From: Bacteroidota bacterium
GTDB taxonomy: Bacteria > Bacteroidota > Bacteroidia > AKYH767-A > OLB10
Reading direction: 5' to 3'
Assembly (NCBI GenBank): GCA_029547265.1
Contig: JAKPPP010000178.1
Coordinates: 8,168-72,167, forward strand
Length of the DNA stretch: 64,000 nucleotides
Shown: piece by piece, positions 1 to 10,600 of the stretch
Layout: every line of letters begins with the position of its first letter
Numbering within the stretch: the first letter of the stretch is position 1
Made by a program: the position numbers and the translations under genes
The notes under the pieces: model-generated
What the model saw: the letters and a program-made list of their open reading frames with translations, nothing else
Told to the model about the DNA's origin: nothing
The model's database searches: none

Positions 1-461
1 TTCCCGATAAGCATAGGCAAACGTTGAGTTCCGCCGTAGCCCGGGATTAAACCCAATTTCACTTCAGGTTGTCCGAATTTAGCATTATCGGCAGCTACGC
101 GCATATGGCAAGCCATTGCTAATTCACAACCTCCACCGAGGGCGAATCCGTTAACGGCAGCAATTACCGGTTTAGAGCAATTTTCAACGCTATTAAACAC
201 ACGATGACCATGAGCGGCAAGTGCACTACCCTCTTCAATAGAAAACGAAGCAAACTCGCTAATATCGGCTCCTGCAATAAACGCTTTTGTTCCTGATCCG
301 GTTAAAATAACTCCACGAACATCGGTATTTTTTTCGGCGGCTTCAATGGCCATTCCTACTTCAGCAATTGTTTGTTTATTGAGGGCATTTAATTTATCGG
401 GACGATTAATAGTAATCGTCATAATTCCTTCGGCAACTTCGGCAAGTATATTCTGGTACAT
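1..461 (-). CDS. enoyl-CoA hydratase/isomerase (crotonase) family protein, C-terminally truncated by the window edge
   Basis: My own translation of the minus strand from the ATG at 461: MYQNILAEVAEGIMTITINRPDKLNALN...VIAAVNGFALGGGCELAMACHMRVAADNAKFGQPEVKLGLIPGYGGTQRL. This is the typical crotonase oxyanion-hole signature. Not in the ORF track because it has no stop in the window. Confidence 0.8.
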   Translation of the reverse strand, partial: MYQNILAEVAEGIMTITINRPDKLNALNKQTIAEVGMAIEAAEKNTDVRGVILTGSGTKAFIAGADISEFASFSIEEGSALAAHGHRVFNSVENCSKPVIAAVNGFALGGGCELAMACHMRVAADNAKFGQPEVKLGLIPGYGGTQRLPMLIG

Positions 462-475
462 CGTTTAATTCTTTT

Positions 476-883
476 TTAAGATTTGCGGTTTGTTTTAACC
501 CACTCGGTGATATAAGAGATAATATCTTTAGTATCGGTACCGGGAGGGAATAAAGATCCGCAGCCCATTTGCACCAATTTTTTCATGTCGTCATCGGGAA
601 TAATTCCACCTCCGGTTAAAAGTACGTCGTCCAATTTTTTCTCTTTCATGAGTGAGAGGATTTTAGGGAACACTGTCATGTGAGCACCGGAAAGGATACT
701 TACACCGATTACATCAACATCCTCCTGCAAAGCGGCATTAACCACCATATCGGGAGTTTGACGCAATCCGGTATAAATTACCTCCATACCGGCATCTCGT
801 AAAAATGAAGCAATAACCTTAGCACCTCTGTCGTGGCCATCCAGGCCTACTTTGGCGATTAATACACGAATCGGACGTTCCAT
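476..883 (-). CDS. cobalamin (B12)-binding domain protein, methylmalonyl-CoA mutase C-terminal-domain type
   Basis: 135 aa. Has the DxHxxG B12-binding motif ([10 protein letters not shown]) and a GGG(I)IP segment. Lies directly downstream of the crotonase gene. Confidence 0.85.
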   Translation of the reverse strand: MERPIRVLIAKVGLDGHDRGAKVIASFLRDAGMEVIYTGLRQTPDMVVNAALQEDVDVIGVSILSGAHMTVFPKILSLMKEKKLDDVLLTGGGIIPDDDMKKLVQMGCGSLFPPGTDTKDIISYITEWVKTNRKS

Positions 884-1041
884 ACTGCAAAAATGGTAAA
901 AAATGTTTGAAGTAGGGATTCGAGGGTAAAAGAAGCCATATAGTGGTTCTTTACGGAAAATTCAGCAGAATATTGTAGAAGGAAAATAGTTCTATTAAGG
1001 TTTGCAAACCGGGATAGGCCCTGCCATTAAAACGATAAAGA

Positions 1042-1335
1042 CTACTTTTTAGATGTCTTTTCTTTTAGTTTCATAAAAGCTTCCGCATCGGCTTGTTTTA
1101 AGACAATATTAGTCCGTAACAATTCTCCGGGGTTAACCTCTAAGATTGCCGCAATTTTTATCAACGTAATCAGCGTTATGTTTTTCCCCTGCTCAATTCG
1201 ATACATATTTGACTTATCAAGTCCAATATCACATCCAAGTTGATCAAGAGTATATCCCCTATCGGTTCTATACCTTCGAATATTCTCGCCAACTGCCTGT
1301 AAAAAGTCGTCAAAAACGGTGCGTTTTATTGCCAT
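1042..1335 (-). CDS. XRE-family helix-turn-helix transcriptional regulator
   Basis: HTH_3-like segment: IRRYRTDRGYTLDQLGCDIGLDKSNMYRIEQGKNITLITLIKIAAIL. I prefer the internal Met start (MAIKRT, 1335) because the upstream ORF extension looks non-protein-like. Confidence 0.75.
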   Translation of the reverse strand: MAIKRTVFDDFLQAVGENIRRYRTDRGYTLDQLGCDIGLDKSNMYRIEQGKNITLITLIKIAAILEVNPGELLRTNIVLKQADAEAFMKLKEKTSKK

Positions 1336-1710
1336 AATTTCCCCGACGCAAGTTGCATAACCTTTCAAAATAAGTGTTGTTCTAAAACACAACAAATTCG
1401 TTTCTGAGTATAAAATCAATTACTCAACTCTCTTTAATAAAATTTCTCCACTCTAATAAAAAAAGAAATCATGCGACGAGATTAAGTGAAAGGTAAGAAT
1501 AATTTACTATTCAATTGTCATGTTTCTGTGAAAGAAAGCACAAAAATAAAGAGGCAAGTTCTTGGATGCTATCTATTTCGATTGTATTTTTACACAACTA
1601 AACGATTTGTTTGAAACCTCACATTAATTGAAACAACGAGTAAGTCAGGCTGCTCCTATCAAGTAGGATTGCCTCAAGATACTTTTTCTTATTTTTCTAT
1701 TGCCCCCAGA

Positions 1711-1746
1711 AAAGACCGACCATTTAGCGTCGGTCTTTTTGCTTTT
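1711..1746. terminator. GC-stem hairpin (agaccgac/gtcggtct) with T-runs on both strands
   Basis: Arms at 1713-1720 and 1729-1736, followed by ttttt on the plus strand and tttt on the minus strand. No plus-strand ORF lies upstream. Confidence 0.5.
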
Positions 1747-1773
1747 AGCGATTTATTATCACGAACTTAAAAG

Positions 1774-1819
1774 CAAAAAAAATCCCCGAAGTAAGGAGTT
1801 TAAGCCTTGCTTCGGGGAT
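1774..1819 (-). terminator. rho-independent terminator of the T9SS cargo gene 1837-3891
   Basis: Arms atccccgaag (1782-1791) and cttcggggat (1810-1819), followed on the minus strand by a T8 run (1774-1781). Confidence 0.7.
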
Positions 1820-1836
1820 TAAATTATTCGGTTAAA

Positions 1837-3891
1837 TTATTTCACCATTAAACGGCTTGTTAAAACAGAACCGCCAACGTTTACTCTAACTAAATACATT
1901 CCTGAATGAAGATCACTTACGTTTAAAGTAATGTTGTTTTTACCTGCAGCTCCATTGAAGTTACGGCTCATTACATTTTGACCTAAGATATCGAACATAT
2001 CAACTGTATAGTTACCTGAACGCTTAAGGTTGATCTCTAATTGAGATGAAGACATTGCAGGATTAGGATATAAGCTCATTGAGAAGTTATCAGCTTCAAT
2101 TTGTTGAACTGAAGTTGTGATACCATAAGAACCACGGAAAACGTTTAAGATATTTCCTGTAGTTGCGTTATGTAAAACTCCGATAACACGCATTTGAGAA
2201 GCATCCCACGTTGTAGGAATAGTTGTTGAGAAGCTATAATTGTAAGTTGAGTTTGCAGAAATAGTAGCAGGAATTGAACCTACTTCACCATCGAAACCAC
2301 CTAAGATATCACGACCAACAAAATTATAATGCATAGAAGCTGCAGGTACTGATGCAGGTTCAGTTTGCCAGTTATGTCCAGCACCTGTTAAAGCGATGTT
2401 TTGAGAAGCACTGCTGTAATAGTTAGTTTGATTATAAGTCGTTCCTGTTCCTGTTACATCATCTTCAACAAGGATACAATTTAAACGATAGTCGCCTGAT
2501 AAATCAGCAGCGAATGTTGCAGAAACAGTAACATCAACCTGACGAGTTGAGCTATTGAAGAATGCGCTAACACCAACATCAGCCGGGCTAACATCATTGA
2601 TACGTTGAGAGAATGTAGTTTCAAAGTTTGTTGGATCTACATCATTACTCTTACGATCAACGCAACCGCTAGGATATCCACCAATCAAGGTTCCGATACC
2701 CGCATCGTAAATAGCATTTGTCATTGGATCAGCGTTGTGCACTGCAACAACAATTGCTTGATCTAAATGTACTGTATCGATTTGCTCAGTATAAACAGCA
2801 CCACGAGGGCACCATCCGCACCATGTTCCTGTTGCTTCTTCAATTAAAACTCGTTTAGTAGGAAGGAAAGTTAATCCTGAAACGAAAGTAGATAATGTAT
2901 CATCTGTGTGATCTGGATCGTTAGCAAGGTCAACCCAAACTTTCACTGGGTACATTACAGGATTTGCAACGTTTATAGGAGTATTGTGAGTGAAATTATA
3001 AGAAGCTCCGGAAGCAACATTTAATCCACTTAAAGTTTGAGTGTAAGTTGTTCCGCCTACTTCATACTTAATGTCAGCCGAAGTGATTGCACTTGCACCA
3101 ACATTTTGGATAGAACCTGTAACAGTACTTGTTCCAGGAACAACAATGTATTGATCAGCAGCAATTGTTTTCAATTTCACAGCATTTGCAGCCTGAGTTC
3201 CTTGAATGAATTGATAGTAAGTATTATCAGCAGAAGTTGGGTCTACACCTGCTTGAGAAGAAATAGTATTAGTTGCAGTTGCTTTTGTAGCAGTTGTAGC
3301 ATCGATTTGAACACCCGCAGATACTGTAACAGTGGCATTGTGACGTTGATCAACAATGTAGATGTTATTAGTTCCTTCTTCTAATACAATTGACCAATAC
3401 GTATAAACGTTAGCTGTTGCAGTTGAATAAGAAGAGAACATAACCCATAACTGTTGGTTAGGAGATGTTCCAAAAGTTTTTATAACGATATTATCGTTAG
3501 TGCCTGTTCCACGAATTCCTGTGATACAAACAGACTTGTCAGGAATACCTGCATTTGGCAATGTTACTGCTCCATAAGCAGGGATAGTAGTAGCTGATGT
3601 TGTAAACGTTAAAATACCGCTTGTAGATACTTTAAAGTCTGTTACAGGGCTACCATTAAATAAAAACGTAAATGGAATTGGGTTAGTAGTTGACCAAGCC
3701 GGAGTTCCTGCTGCACCCGCTTGAATTGAAGCCCATGATACGTCAAGGCCACCTCCTACAGGATATTCTGTATCGGCGTTAAGCCCTCCCGGGTTTGTGT
3801 TAGCTCCTACGTAAGGAACACTGTAATACTGAGCTTGAGCTGCACCTACAGTAAGGCCAAGCGCTGCAAGCAGTGCGTAAATTTTCTTCAT
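1837..3891 (-). CDS. secreted T9SS cargo protein with a thioredoxin-like WCGWCP motif (Omp28-like region)
   Basis: N-terminal signal peptide MKKIYALLAALGLTVGAAQAQ. Motif EEATGTWCGWCPRG. C-terminal Por-type sorting domain (LYPNPA...GMYLVRVNVGGSVLTSRLMVK). Confidence 0.8.
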   Translation of the reverse strand: MKKIYALLAALGLTVGAAQAQYYSVPYVGANTNPGGLNADTEYPVGGGLDVSWASIQAGAAGTPAWSTTNPIPFTFLFNGSPVTDFKVSTSGILTFTTSATTIPAYGAVTLPNAGIPDKSVCITGIRGTGTNDNIVIKTFGTSPNQQLWVMFSSYSTATANVYTYWSIVLEEGTNNIYIVDQRHNATVTVSAGVQIDATTATKATATNTISSQAGVDPTSADNTYYQFIQGTQAANAVKLKTIAADQYIVVPGTSTVTGSIQNVGASAITSADIKYEVGGTTYTQTLSGLNVASGASYNFTHNTPINVANPVMYPVKVWVDLANDPDHTDDTLSTFVSGLTFLPTKRVLIEEATGTWCGWCPRGAVYTEQIDTVHLDQAIVVAVHNADPMTNAIYDAGIGTLIGGYPSGCVDRKSNDVDPTNFETTFSQRINDVSPADVGVSAFFNSSTRQVDVTVSATFAADLSGDYRLNCILVEDDVTGTGTTYNQTNYYSSASQNIALTGAGHNWQTEPASVPAASMHYNFVGRDILGGFDGEVGSIPATISANSTYNYSFSTTIPTTWDASQMRVIGVLHNATTGNILNVFRGSYGITTSVQQIEADNFSMSLYPNPAMSSSQLEINLKRSGNYTVDMFDILGQNVMSRNFNGAAGKNNITLNVSDLHSGMYLVRVNVGGSVLTSRLMVK

Positions 3892-4041
3892 TAAATTTTG
3901 GTTTAGTGATTTTGAGAATTGAATGGTAAGTAAAAATATCTAAAACTTTCTGATTTTACAATGAGCTTTTTGCAAAATGACAAAGCATTTTTTCATTGAT
4001 TTACAATTAGATAGATCTATCGCAGGGGTATTTTTCTTCAT

Positions 4042-7000
4042 CTATTTCAAGAATCGGAGCGTAAAAACGGTTCCGGCGCCGACTTTTGTTTCGAAATTGA
4101 TACTTCCACCCATCCCTTCTACCATGCTTTTTACCATTGCCAAACCGAGGCCTGTTCCGGATGTTTTGGTGGTGAAATTTGGGACGAAAATCTTATCAAT
4201 TAACTCATCCGGAATTCCTGACCCATTATCTGCGACATCCACTTTATGAAAACTTCCATCATCAGATAATTGAATTTTAACTTCACCATGTTGCTCTTCG
4301 GGAATGGCTTGTACAGCATTCTTCACCAAATTAGAGAATACCCTTAGCAACTGGTCTTTATCGCCGGTAATAAAAACATCTTTTTCAGGTTTAGAAAAAG
4401 TGATATTCATATTTTCTGTTTGGTTATATAAATCGGCCGTAGCTTGCAGCACTGAAGTTAGATTCACCTCTTCAAATTCAGGCTTAGGTAGTTTTGCGAA
4501 ATTGCTGAATTCGGTGGCAATGTTTGATAAGGTTTCAATTTGTTCAATCAACGTATTACTGATACGTTTTATCATTTCATCTTTATTCGGATGATTGTCG
4601 TTCCACGCGCGCTGTAAGTGTTGCACACCAAGCTTCATTGGAGTTAAAGGATTCTTAATCTCATGCGCTACTTGCTTTGCCATCTCTCTCCACGCACTCT
4701 CACGTTCTGATTTCGCCAATAGTTCAGCACTTCGTTGTAGTTCTTCGAGCATTCGGTTATACTCGTTAATCAATGCTCCGATTTCATCTTGATTTCTCCA
4801 GTATATCGGTTGATTAAGCGCTCCTAATTTCGTTCTCTTTAATGATTGTTGAATAATTCTCAATGGCTCAGTAATCCGATTAGAAATTAAAAATGCAATT
4901 AAAATAGCTAAACTGAATAAGAGCACATAAATATTTATTAGGGCTACAAGAAAAGTGCTGATATCTCTCTTAAGTTCTGTCTCTTTAGCAAAGTAGGGCA
5001 AATTCAAATAACCAATAATTTTATTGTCGCTATTTCGTATTGGTTCATAAGCACCGATATAACTTAACTTTCCAACTTTTTCGATTTGCATAAACAAAGC
5101 TTTTTGGCTGGCGGTTAACTTTACATAAGCCGATCGATTCATAAGTGGTGAAACCAATTCTTGCTCGTAGATTTTGGGTTGAGTAGAAAACAACATTAAT
5201 CCGTTGAGACTATAAACATTGAAATCAGTTGTTAAAACAGACGATAATTGATTAAGATAAAATTCGAGATCATCGCCAATATTTCCATTGCCCAGCTCAC
5301 GATTTCCTATTTGATTCTCTACCAAACTTAAAATATTATTAAGCTTCTCTTGCGTTTTGGTCTTTTGCGCTTGCTCATAATTTTTGTATATGTAAATCAC
5401 CGTAGAAAGTCCTGTGAGCAACAACGTACAAACAACAATTGCAACGATAGTAACTTGAATTCGACTATTGAAATTTATTTCGAACTTCCATCCATTTCTA
5501 ATCAATTTAAACAAAAGGAACGTCAATAAGAAAATGACACTAAATACTGTAAACAAATAACTAAACAATGTGATGAACACCCATATTCCCTGAACCGGCA
5601 AACTTACAATGATCAACCCTTCTTTATCGTAAGGAAGAAAATAGTGTGTGTATCCATCGAATGAAAAATAATCTCCATTACCTCTGCTATAATACTCCTC
5701 ATACGGCGCAGAAGTGAGATAATAATTATAACTACCGGACTGTGAAATTAATTTACCTTGTCGATAGCGGGCGTAAGAATAATGATTTACATCACGATCA
5801 AAATTCCATTTGTTACCAAGCAATAAATCCGGGAATCCGTTATCTTCTTGAAATCGGCGACTATTTAATTCTATCACCACAATACCTTTCATTACTGAAT
5901 CTTTAAAAACATTAATAGTGCCTATGTAAGATATTCTTCCTGACGGATCGGCTAAACAATTAAAAGAAACGGAACCTGTTGGGCGAGAATTTTCGCTAAT
6001 GATCTTATTGAGATATTCTAAACTATAAGTCGGGTCACCTTTTTTATTTAATGGAATTCCATCCGGTGTGAAATATTTAAATCCTACTTCATATCGAGCT
6101 AAATACCCATTGAAATATTGACGGATTAATCGTCGATTAACAGACTCTTCAAAATCTGTTTTCGCATAAAGTTGCTGTTGAGCCAGTGTAAAAAAACTAA
6201 CTAACGCAGGATCTGCTTTCAACTTCTGCTCTATATCATCAAACAAATATTCGGCAACGATATCTTGTTCTATTTCGAGTTTGCCTGCGTATTGAATTCT
6301 CTTTGCTTTTTCTCTCTCTTGATTGAAAACATAAATGATCTGTGCGGCATACAACGAAAAAGCTAGTATCACCAAAACATTTCTGGTAAATGAAAACAAT
6401 TGCTGTTCTGTGCCTCGGATATATCCGATAAAAATTATTAATGAATTCGCAAGCAAGAAAGCGCTTACTCCATAATTTACGAAATAATCAGATGAACGAA
6501 AGAAATTTAAAATGAGAAGAAATAATCCTTGAGAAACAAGAAATAAAATCATTATTCGCCCTAAATTAAATTGAGAGCGTTTTATGAATTGCACTCCGGC
6601 ATCACAAATCAAATACAAAGCCACGAGCATCATACCTATCACGAACATACCGGCCATGCTATAGCCGGTGAGTTCAAAAACGTTGGCGATATTAAAAGAA
6701 ATTTGAGAGTAAATAATTAATCCGCTCATCAAATAATTAATGATGACAGATGATAAAAAAGTAATCAGCAAAATCCCTAAAATGTAAATCGACCATGTGA
6801 TTTTATTTACATGACGCTCTTTACGTCGCATCATAGAAGTGAAAAACATGTATGCGTACACAATCATCAGCACTGCTGAAGCTATGGTGAGTAATAAATC
6901 ACCGGGTGAGTTTAGTAAGAAAGAAATTGCATACATCTTCGGACTAAACAACTCGGTACTATACAAAGACGACGGCCATCTGAACGAAATCATTAAATAT

Positions 7001-7752
7001 CGTAACAGCCATAATCCGGCAATCAACAACATACCTGATTTAATTCTTCTTCGCCCCAAATGAATAAGCCAATCAAGTGCGCCAACAAAAAGGACAATAA
7101 ATGCCAATCCCAAGATTACGGCAATGAGAGGACTATCAGGAGTCGCGGCATCCTCCGGAGGAAAATAAAGAGAAAAAAGAAACTCACCATTTTTATCGTT
7201 CACGACGCTGGTACCTGCACGATCGGCAGTAATTAATCGCGCATCATCAGAAAGCTCTAAAACAGGATTAAAGCTATTCACCAAATACTTATTCTGAACA
7301 GCATATTGGTGTTTGATAAGTAAAAGGCCGATTACTTTGCGAGACTGCAATCCTGATTCAGCCACGTAATACCAACCATTTCCTAAGAAATTGATTTTAT
7401 TGGGACGAATCGTTTTAAGCAGTGAGGTATCTATCCACGATTTATTATCGGACCAATATCTGATTTGGTTGTGATCATACACAAACAAAGAAATGCCATC
7501 GGGTAGTTTTTCAGCATTGATACGAGCAGCAATTGCACGATCATTTAGCCAAATACCGTCGAGCAAAGGATGCACGGAATCAACCAAAGCATTGAGACGA
7601 TCAATTTGCGGGATGAGGTTAGACTGCGCTCTTTCAGCCAACTGCACAAAATTCAAAGCATGGCGATCCTCCCTTATCTTTAACGAAAAAGCTAGGACGA
7701 ATAATGCTACCGTTAGCAGCAAGTATCGAAACAATCGCCGGTTTAAACTCAT
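4042..7752 (-). CDS. large multi-pass membrane sensor histidine kinase
   Basis: 1236 aa with many hydrophobic segments. HAMP-like linker, H-box [11 protein letters not shown], and HATPase motifs DNGSGIP and GTGLGLAMV. Confidence 0.85.
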   Translation of the reverse strand: MSLNRRLFRYLLLTVALFVLAFSLKIREDRHALNFVQLAERAQSNLIPQIDRLNALVDSVHPLLDGIWLNDRAIAARINAEKLPDGISLFVYDHNQIRYWSDNKSWIDTSLLKTIRPNKINFLGNGWYYVAESGLQSRKVIGLLLIKHQYAVQNKYLVNSFNPVLELSDDARLITADRAGTSVVNDKNGEFLFSLYFPPEDAATPDSPLIAVILGLAFIVLFVGALDWLIHLGRRRIKSGMLLIAGLWLLRYLMISFRWPSSLYSTELFSPKMYAISFLLNSPGDLLLTIASAVLMIVYAYMFFTSMMRRKERHVNKITWSIYILGILLITFLSSVIINYLMSGLIIYSQISFNIANVFELTGYSMAGMFVIGMMLVALYLICDAGVQFIKRSQFNLGRIMILFLVSQGLFLLILNFFRSSDYFVNYGVSAFLLANSLIIFIGYIRGTEQQLFSFTRNVLVILAFSLYAAQIIYVFNQEREKAKRIQYAGKLEIEQDIVAEYLFDDIEQKLKADPALVSFFTLAQQQLYAKTDFEESVNRRLIRQYFNGYLARYEVGFKYFTPDGIPLNKKGDPTYSLEYLNKIISENSRPTGSVSFNCLADPSGRISYIGTINVFKDSVMKGIVVIELNSRRFQEDNGFPDLLLGNKWNFDRDVNHYSYARYRQGKLISQSGSYNYYLTSAPYEEYYSRGNGDYFSFDGYTHYFLPYDKEGLIIVSLPVQGIWVFITLFSYLFTVFSVIFLLTFLLFKLIRNGWKFEINFNSRIQVTIVAIVVCTLLLTGLSTVIYIYKNYEQAQKTKTQEKLNNILSLVENQIGNRELGNGNIGDDLEFYLNQLSSVLTTDFNVYSLNGLMLFSTQPKIYEQELVSPLMNRSAYVKLTASQKALFMQIEKVGKLSYIGAYEPIRNSDNKIIGYLNLPYFAKETELKRDISTFLVALINIYVLLFSLAILIAFLISNRITEPLRIIQQSLKRTKLGALNQPIYWRNQDEIGALINEYNRMLEELQRSAELLAKSERESAWREMAKQVAHEIKNPLTPMKLGVQHLQRAWNDNHPNKDEMIKRISNTLIEQIETLSNIATEFSNFAKLPKPEFEEVNLTSVLQATADLYNQTENMNITFSKPEKDVFITGDKDQLLRVFSNLVKNAVQAIPEEQHGEVKIQLSDDGSFHKVDVADNGSGIPDELIDKIFVPNFTTKTSGTGLGLAMVKSMVEGMGGSINFETKVGAGTVFTLRFLK

Positions 7753-7884
7753 TGAGCTAAAATTAGGAGGAAGGAACGAATGAATTTTTGATGTTTCTCA
7801 ATAGTTTTCAACGAGATAATGTGGGCATAAATGAATTCTATCAGACATTTTCGGACTAATGCAAGTAACAATTACCTTTGTTGT

Positions 7885-8388
7885 ATGATTAAAGCAACTA
7901 TTAACGGAGAATCGACCCTAACGCTAGAGACGCAGCAGGGCGGACAAGTAGCGATAAACGGGAAAGTATTTCCTGCCGACATCAAGCATATCAACGGTGG
8001 AACCTATCATTTGATATTAAACGACAAAAGTTATAACGTAGAAGTTATTATCAGTGATACAAAGACCAAAAAACATACTTTAAAAATCAACGGCAAAATA
8101 CTTGAAGTAGAATTAAAAGACCGTTTTGACGAATTATTAAAAGAGTTAGGAATTGATGCTGCTGCCGGACAAAAAATCGGCGATTTGAAAGCACCTATGC
8201 CGGGCTTAGTAGTTGACATTCCTGTAGCAGAAGGTCAAGAAGTGAAGAAAGGAGATACGCTTGTTATCTTAGAAGCCATGAAGATGGAAAATGCTTTAAA
8301 AGCGATGGCTGATGCTGTTGTGAAAAAGGTAGTTGTGAAGAAAGGACAAGCGGTAGAAAAGAACGAACTATTAATTCAAATGGCATAA
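7885..8388 (+). CDS. biotin/lipoyl-attachment (biotin carboxyl carrier-like) protein
   Basis: C-terminal biotinylation motif LEAMKMEN. Start set at the internal Met (MIKATING); the upstream extension is implausible. Confidence 0.8.
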   Translation: MIKATINGESTLTLETQQGGQVAINGKVFPADIKHINGGTYHLILNDKSYNVEVIISDTKTKKHTLKINGKILEVELKDRFDELLKELGIDAAAGQKIGDLKAPMPGLVVDIPVAEGQEVKKGDTLVILEAMKMENALKAMADAVVKKVVVKKGQAVEKNELLIQMA

Positions 8389-8390
8389 TC

Positions 8391-9116
8391 ATGAACAAAA
8401 AAACCAATCGCCGTAAATTCATCCAACAGGTGGGTATGGCAACTTTAGGAACAATTGCTTTAAGTCAGATTAAGCCTGTTAGCGCTTTTGCAAACAGCTT
8501 AGATGGAGAAGTATTATTTACGCTGGACGCTCTTCCATACGAATTCAAAGCATTGGAACCGCATATTGATGCGCTTACGATGGAAATTCACCATGATAGA
8601 CATCACAAAGCATATGTTGACAATTTAAACAAGCTTTGTGCGAAAGAAGGAATTCAAGAGAAATCGATAGAAATGATTTTATCGAAAGTAGGAAGCTATT
8701 CAGCAGGAGTGAAAAACAATGCGGGCGGGCATTACAATCATTCTTTATTTTGGAAGATGATGAAAGCTAACGGTGGTGGCTTACCGACAGGAGCCGTGAA
8801 TGATGCCATCAATGCAAGTTTCGGAACTTTTGATCAATTCAAAGCGAAGTTTATTGAGACAGCGAAAGGAAGATTCGGATCGGGATGGGCTTGGTTAGTA
8901 GCGAAAGATGGCAAATTAAACATCGGTTCAACCGCGAATCAAGATAATCCATTAATGGATATAAGCGAATTAAAAGGAACTCCAGTTTTATGTTTAGATG
9001 TTTGGGAGCATGCGTACTATTTAAAATATCAAAATAAGCGCGCTGATTATATTGATGCTTGGTTTAACACCATCAACTGGGACACTGTAAATGCTCAGTT
9101 AAAATCAGCGAAATAA
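8391..9116 (+). CDS. Fe/Mn-family superoxide dismutase with a twin-arginine (Tat) signal
   Basis: Tat signal NRRKFIQQVGMATLG. SOD motifs HHDRHHKAYV and DVWEHAYYL. Confidence 0.9.
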   Translation: MNKKTNRRKFIQQVGMATLGTIALSQIKPVSAFANSLDGEVLFTLDALPYEFKALEPHIDALTMEIHHDRHHKAYVDNLNKLCAKEGIQEKSIEMILSKVGSYSAGVKNNAGGHYNHSLFWKMMKANGGGLPTGAVNDAINASFGTFDQFKAKFIETAKGRFGSGWAWLVAKDGKLNIGSTANQDNPLMDISELKGTPVLCLDVWEHAYYLKYQNKRADYIDAWFNTINWDTVNAQLKSAK

Positions 9117-9132
9117 AAGTTATTGAAAAAAT

Positions 9133-9161
9133 AAAAAGCCCCGTATCACTACGGGGCTTTT
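9133..9161. terminator. bidirectional rho-independent terminator between convergent genes
   Basis: aaaaa-gccccgta-tcac-tacggggc-tttt. Lies between the SOD gene (+) and the PfkB kinase gene (-). Confidence 0.75.
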
Positions 9162-9180
9162 CTATTATATAGATCTCTGA

Positions 9181-10104
9181 TTATACCAACGTAATTTCAA
9201 ATTGAACAAGATCAACAAACTGTTGAAGGCGTTCTTCCAATTCACCTTGCGATAAATTTTGAATGCGTTCTAATCCGAATTTCTCAACGCAGAAAGAAGC
9301 CATTGCAGAGCCATAGATTACTGCACGTTTCATACTTTCGAAAGAGATATCGCGAGTAGAGCTTAGGTAACCGATAAATCCGCCAGCGAAAGTATCGCCT
9401 GCGCCCGTTGGATCGAAAACATCTTCAAGAGGTAAAGCCGGAGCATAGAAAACATTATCGCCATGGAATAACAAAGCACCATGTTCACCTTTTTTAATGA
9501 TAAGGTATTTAGGTCCCATTGCTAATATTTTGCGAGCAGCTTTGATAAGAGAATATTCGCCGGTAAGCTGACGAGCTTCAGCATCGTTCACGGTAAGAAC
9601 ATCTACCATACCGATAGTTTCTGTTAACTCAGGTAAAGCGATATCCATCCAGAAGTTCATTGTATCCATTACGATCAACTTCGGACGATTACGAAGACCT
9701 TTGATCACCTGTTGTTGAACTGATGGGCTAAGGTTACCGAGCATTAAGAACTCGCAATCTTGGTAAGCCTCAGGAATAATTGGATTAAAATCGGCAAGTA
9801 CATTCAACTGAGTATCGAGTGTGTCACGAGAATTCATATCCTCATGATAGCGACCTGACCAGAAGAACGTTTTTTCTCCTTGTTTAATTTGAAGACCTTC
9901 GGTACTGATACCTTTACTTTGAAGCATCTCGATAGTTTGTTTCGGGAAATCTTCGCCGACAACAGAAACGAGATTAATATTTTTATGGAAGTAAGAAGCT
10001 GATACAGAGATATATGTAGCAGCACCACCAATGATTTTATCGGTTTTACCGAAAGGAGTCTCGATTGCATCGAAAGCAACCGTACCAATAACGAGAAGGC
10101 TCAT
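9181..10104 (-). CDS. PfkB-family carbohydrate/nucleoside kinase
   Basis: C-terminal PfkB signature DPTGAGDTFAGGF. 307 aa. Confidence 0.85.
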   Translation of the reverse strand: MSLLVIGTVAFDAIETPFGKTDKIIGGAATYISVSASYFHKNINLVSVVGEDFPKQTIEMLQSKGISTEGLQIKQGEKTFFWSGRYHEDMNSRDTLDTQLNVLADFNPIIPEAYQDCEFLMLGNLSPSVQQQVIKGLRNRPKLIVMDTMNFWMDIALPELTETIGMVDVLTVNDAEARQLTGEYSLIKAARKILAMGPKYLIIKKGEHGALLFHGDNVFYAPALPLEDVFDPTGAGDTFAGGFIGYLSSTRDISFESMKRAVIYGSAMASFCVEKFGLERIQNLSQGELEERLQQFVDLVQFEITLV

Positions 10105-10331
10105 ACTTTAAATTTTATTTGAGGGGATCCGGAAATTAGGAATTGGAATCCGGGCTGTAAAGATAAGGATTAAATGGAGTTGCCTAAGAAAAAAGGCATT
10201 GACAGTGCTAAAAACTCCAATCTCATGGAGCAAGGCAGAAAAACGGGCTATAAATTGTGGTTATTAACATAAAAATTCGCCGTTTTTTCACATATTATTG
10301 ATTAACAGACTAGTAATTAAATCAATTTCAT

Positions 10332-10362
10332 TTTGTAATTTTAAAAAGTCGCCTTATTTTTG
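10332..10362 (+). promoter_or_regulatory. candidate Bacteroidota sigma-A promoter (-33 TTTG, -7 TATTTTTG) upstream of tRNA-Asn
   Basis: TTTG at 10332-10335 and TATTTTTG at 10355-10362, with a 19-nt spacer. This matches the TTTG / TAnnTTTG consensus described for Bacteroides. Confidence 0.4.
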
Positions 10363-10526
10363 CAACCCGTTGAGGAAAAAATGCTCGTTCTTATCAACTC
10401 AACGGAAAGTTTCCTTGTCAAATATCCTATGACACGTGTTTTAGTCATGACGTTAAGCAAAACTTAGGTCATGATAGCATGAGCAAAAGAGATGGTCTTC
10501 ACCCTGTAAAGCAGAGTGAAGATTAT

Positions 10527-10600
10527 TCCTTCTTAGCTCAGCTGGTTAGAGCACATGACTGTTAATCATGGGGTCCCTGGTTCGAGCCCAGGAGAGGGAG
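10527..10600 (+). tRNA. tRNA-Asn: tRNA-Asn (anticodon GTT)
   Basis: Folded by hand. Acceptor stem tccttct/agaggga (one G-U pair). D arm gctc-agctggtta-gagc. Anticodon stem catga/tcatg with loop ctGTTaa. T arm cctgg-ttcgagc-ccagg. Discriminator G. No encoded CCA. Confidence 0.9.

Noticed and set aside
3037-3384. Plus-strand 115-aa ORF inside the T9SS cargo gene. The same applies to similar antisense ORFs in the track: 3977-4249, 4304-4594, 4595-4792, 6839-7063, 7493-7783, 8031-8219 and 9834-10088.
   Set aside because: Each lies entirely antisense to, or overlapping, a long gene with clear motifs. Their Cys/Ser/Ile-rich, low-complexity translations are typical of shadow ORFs in AT-rich DNA.
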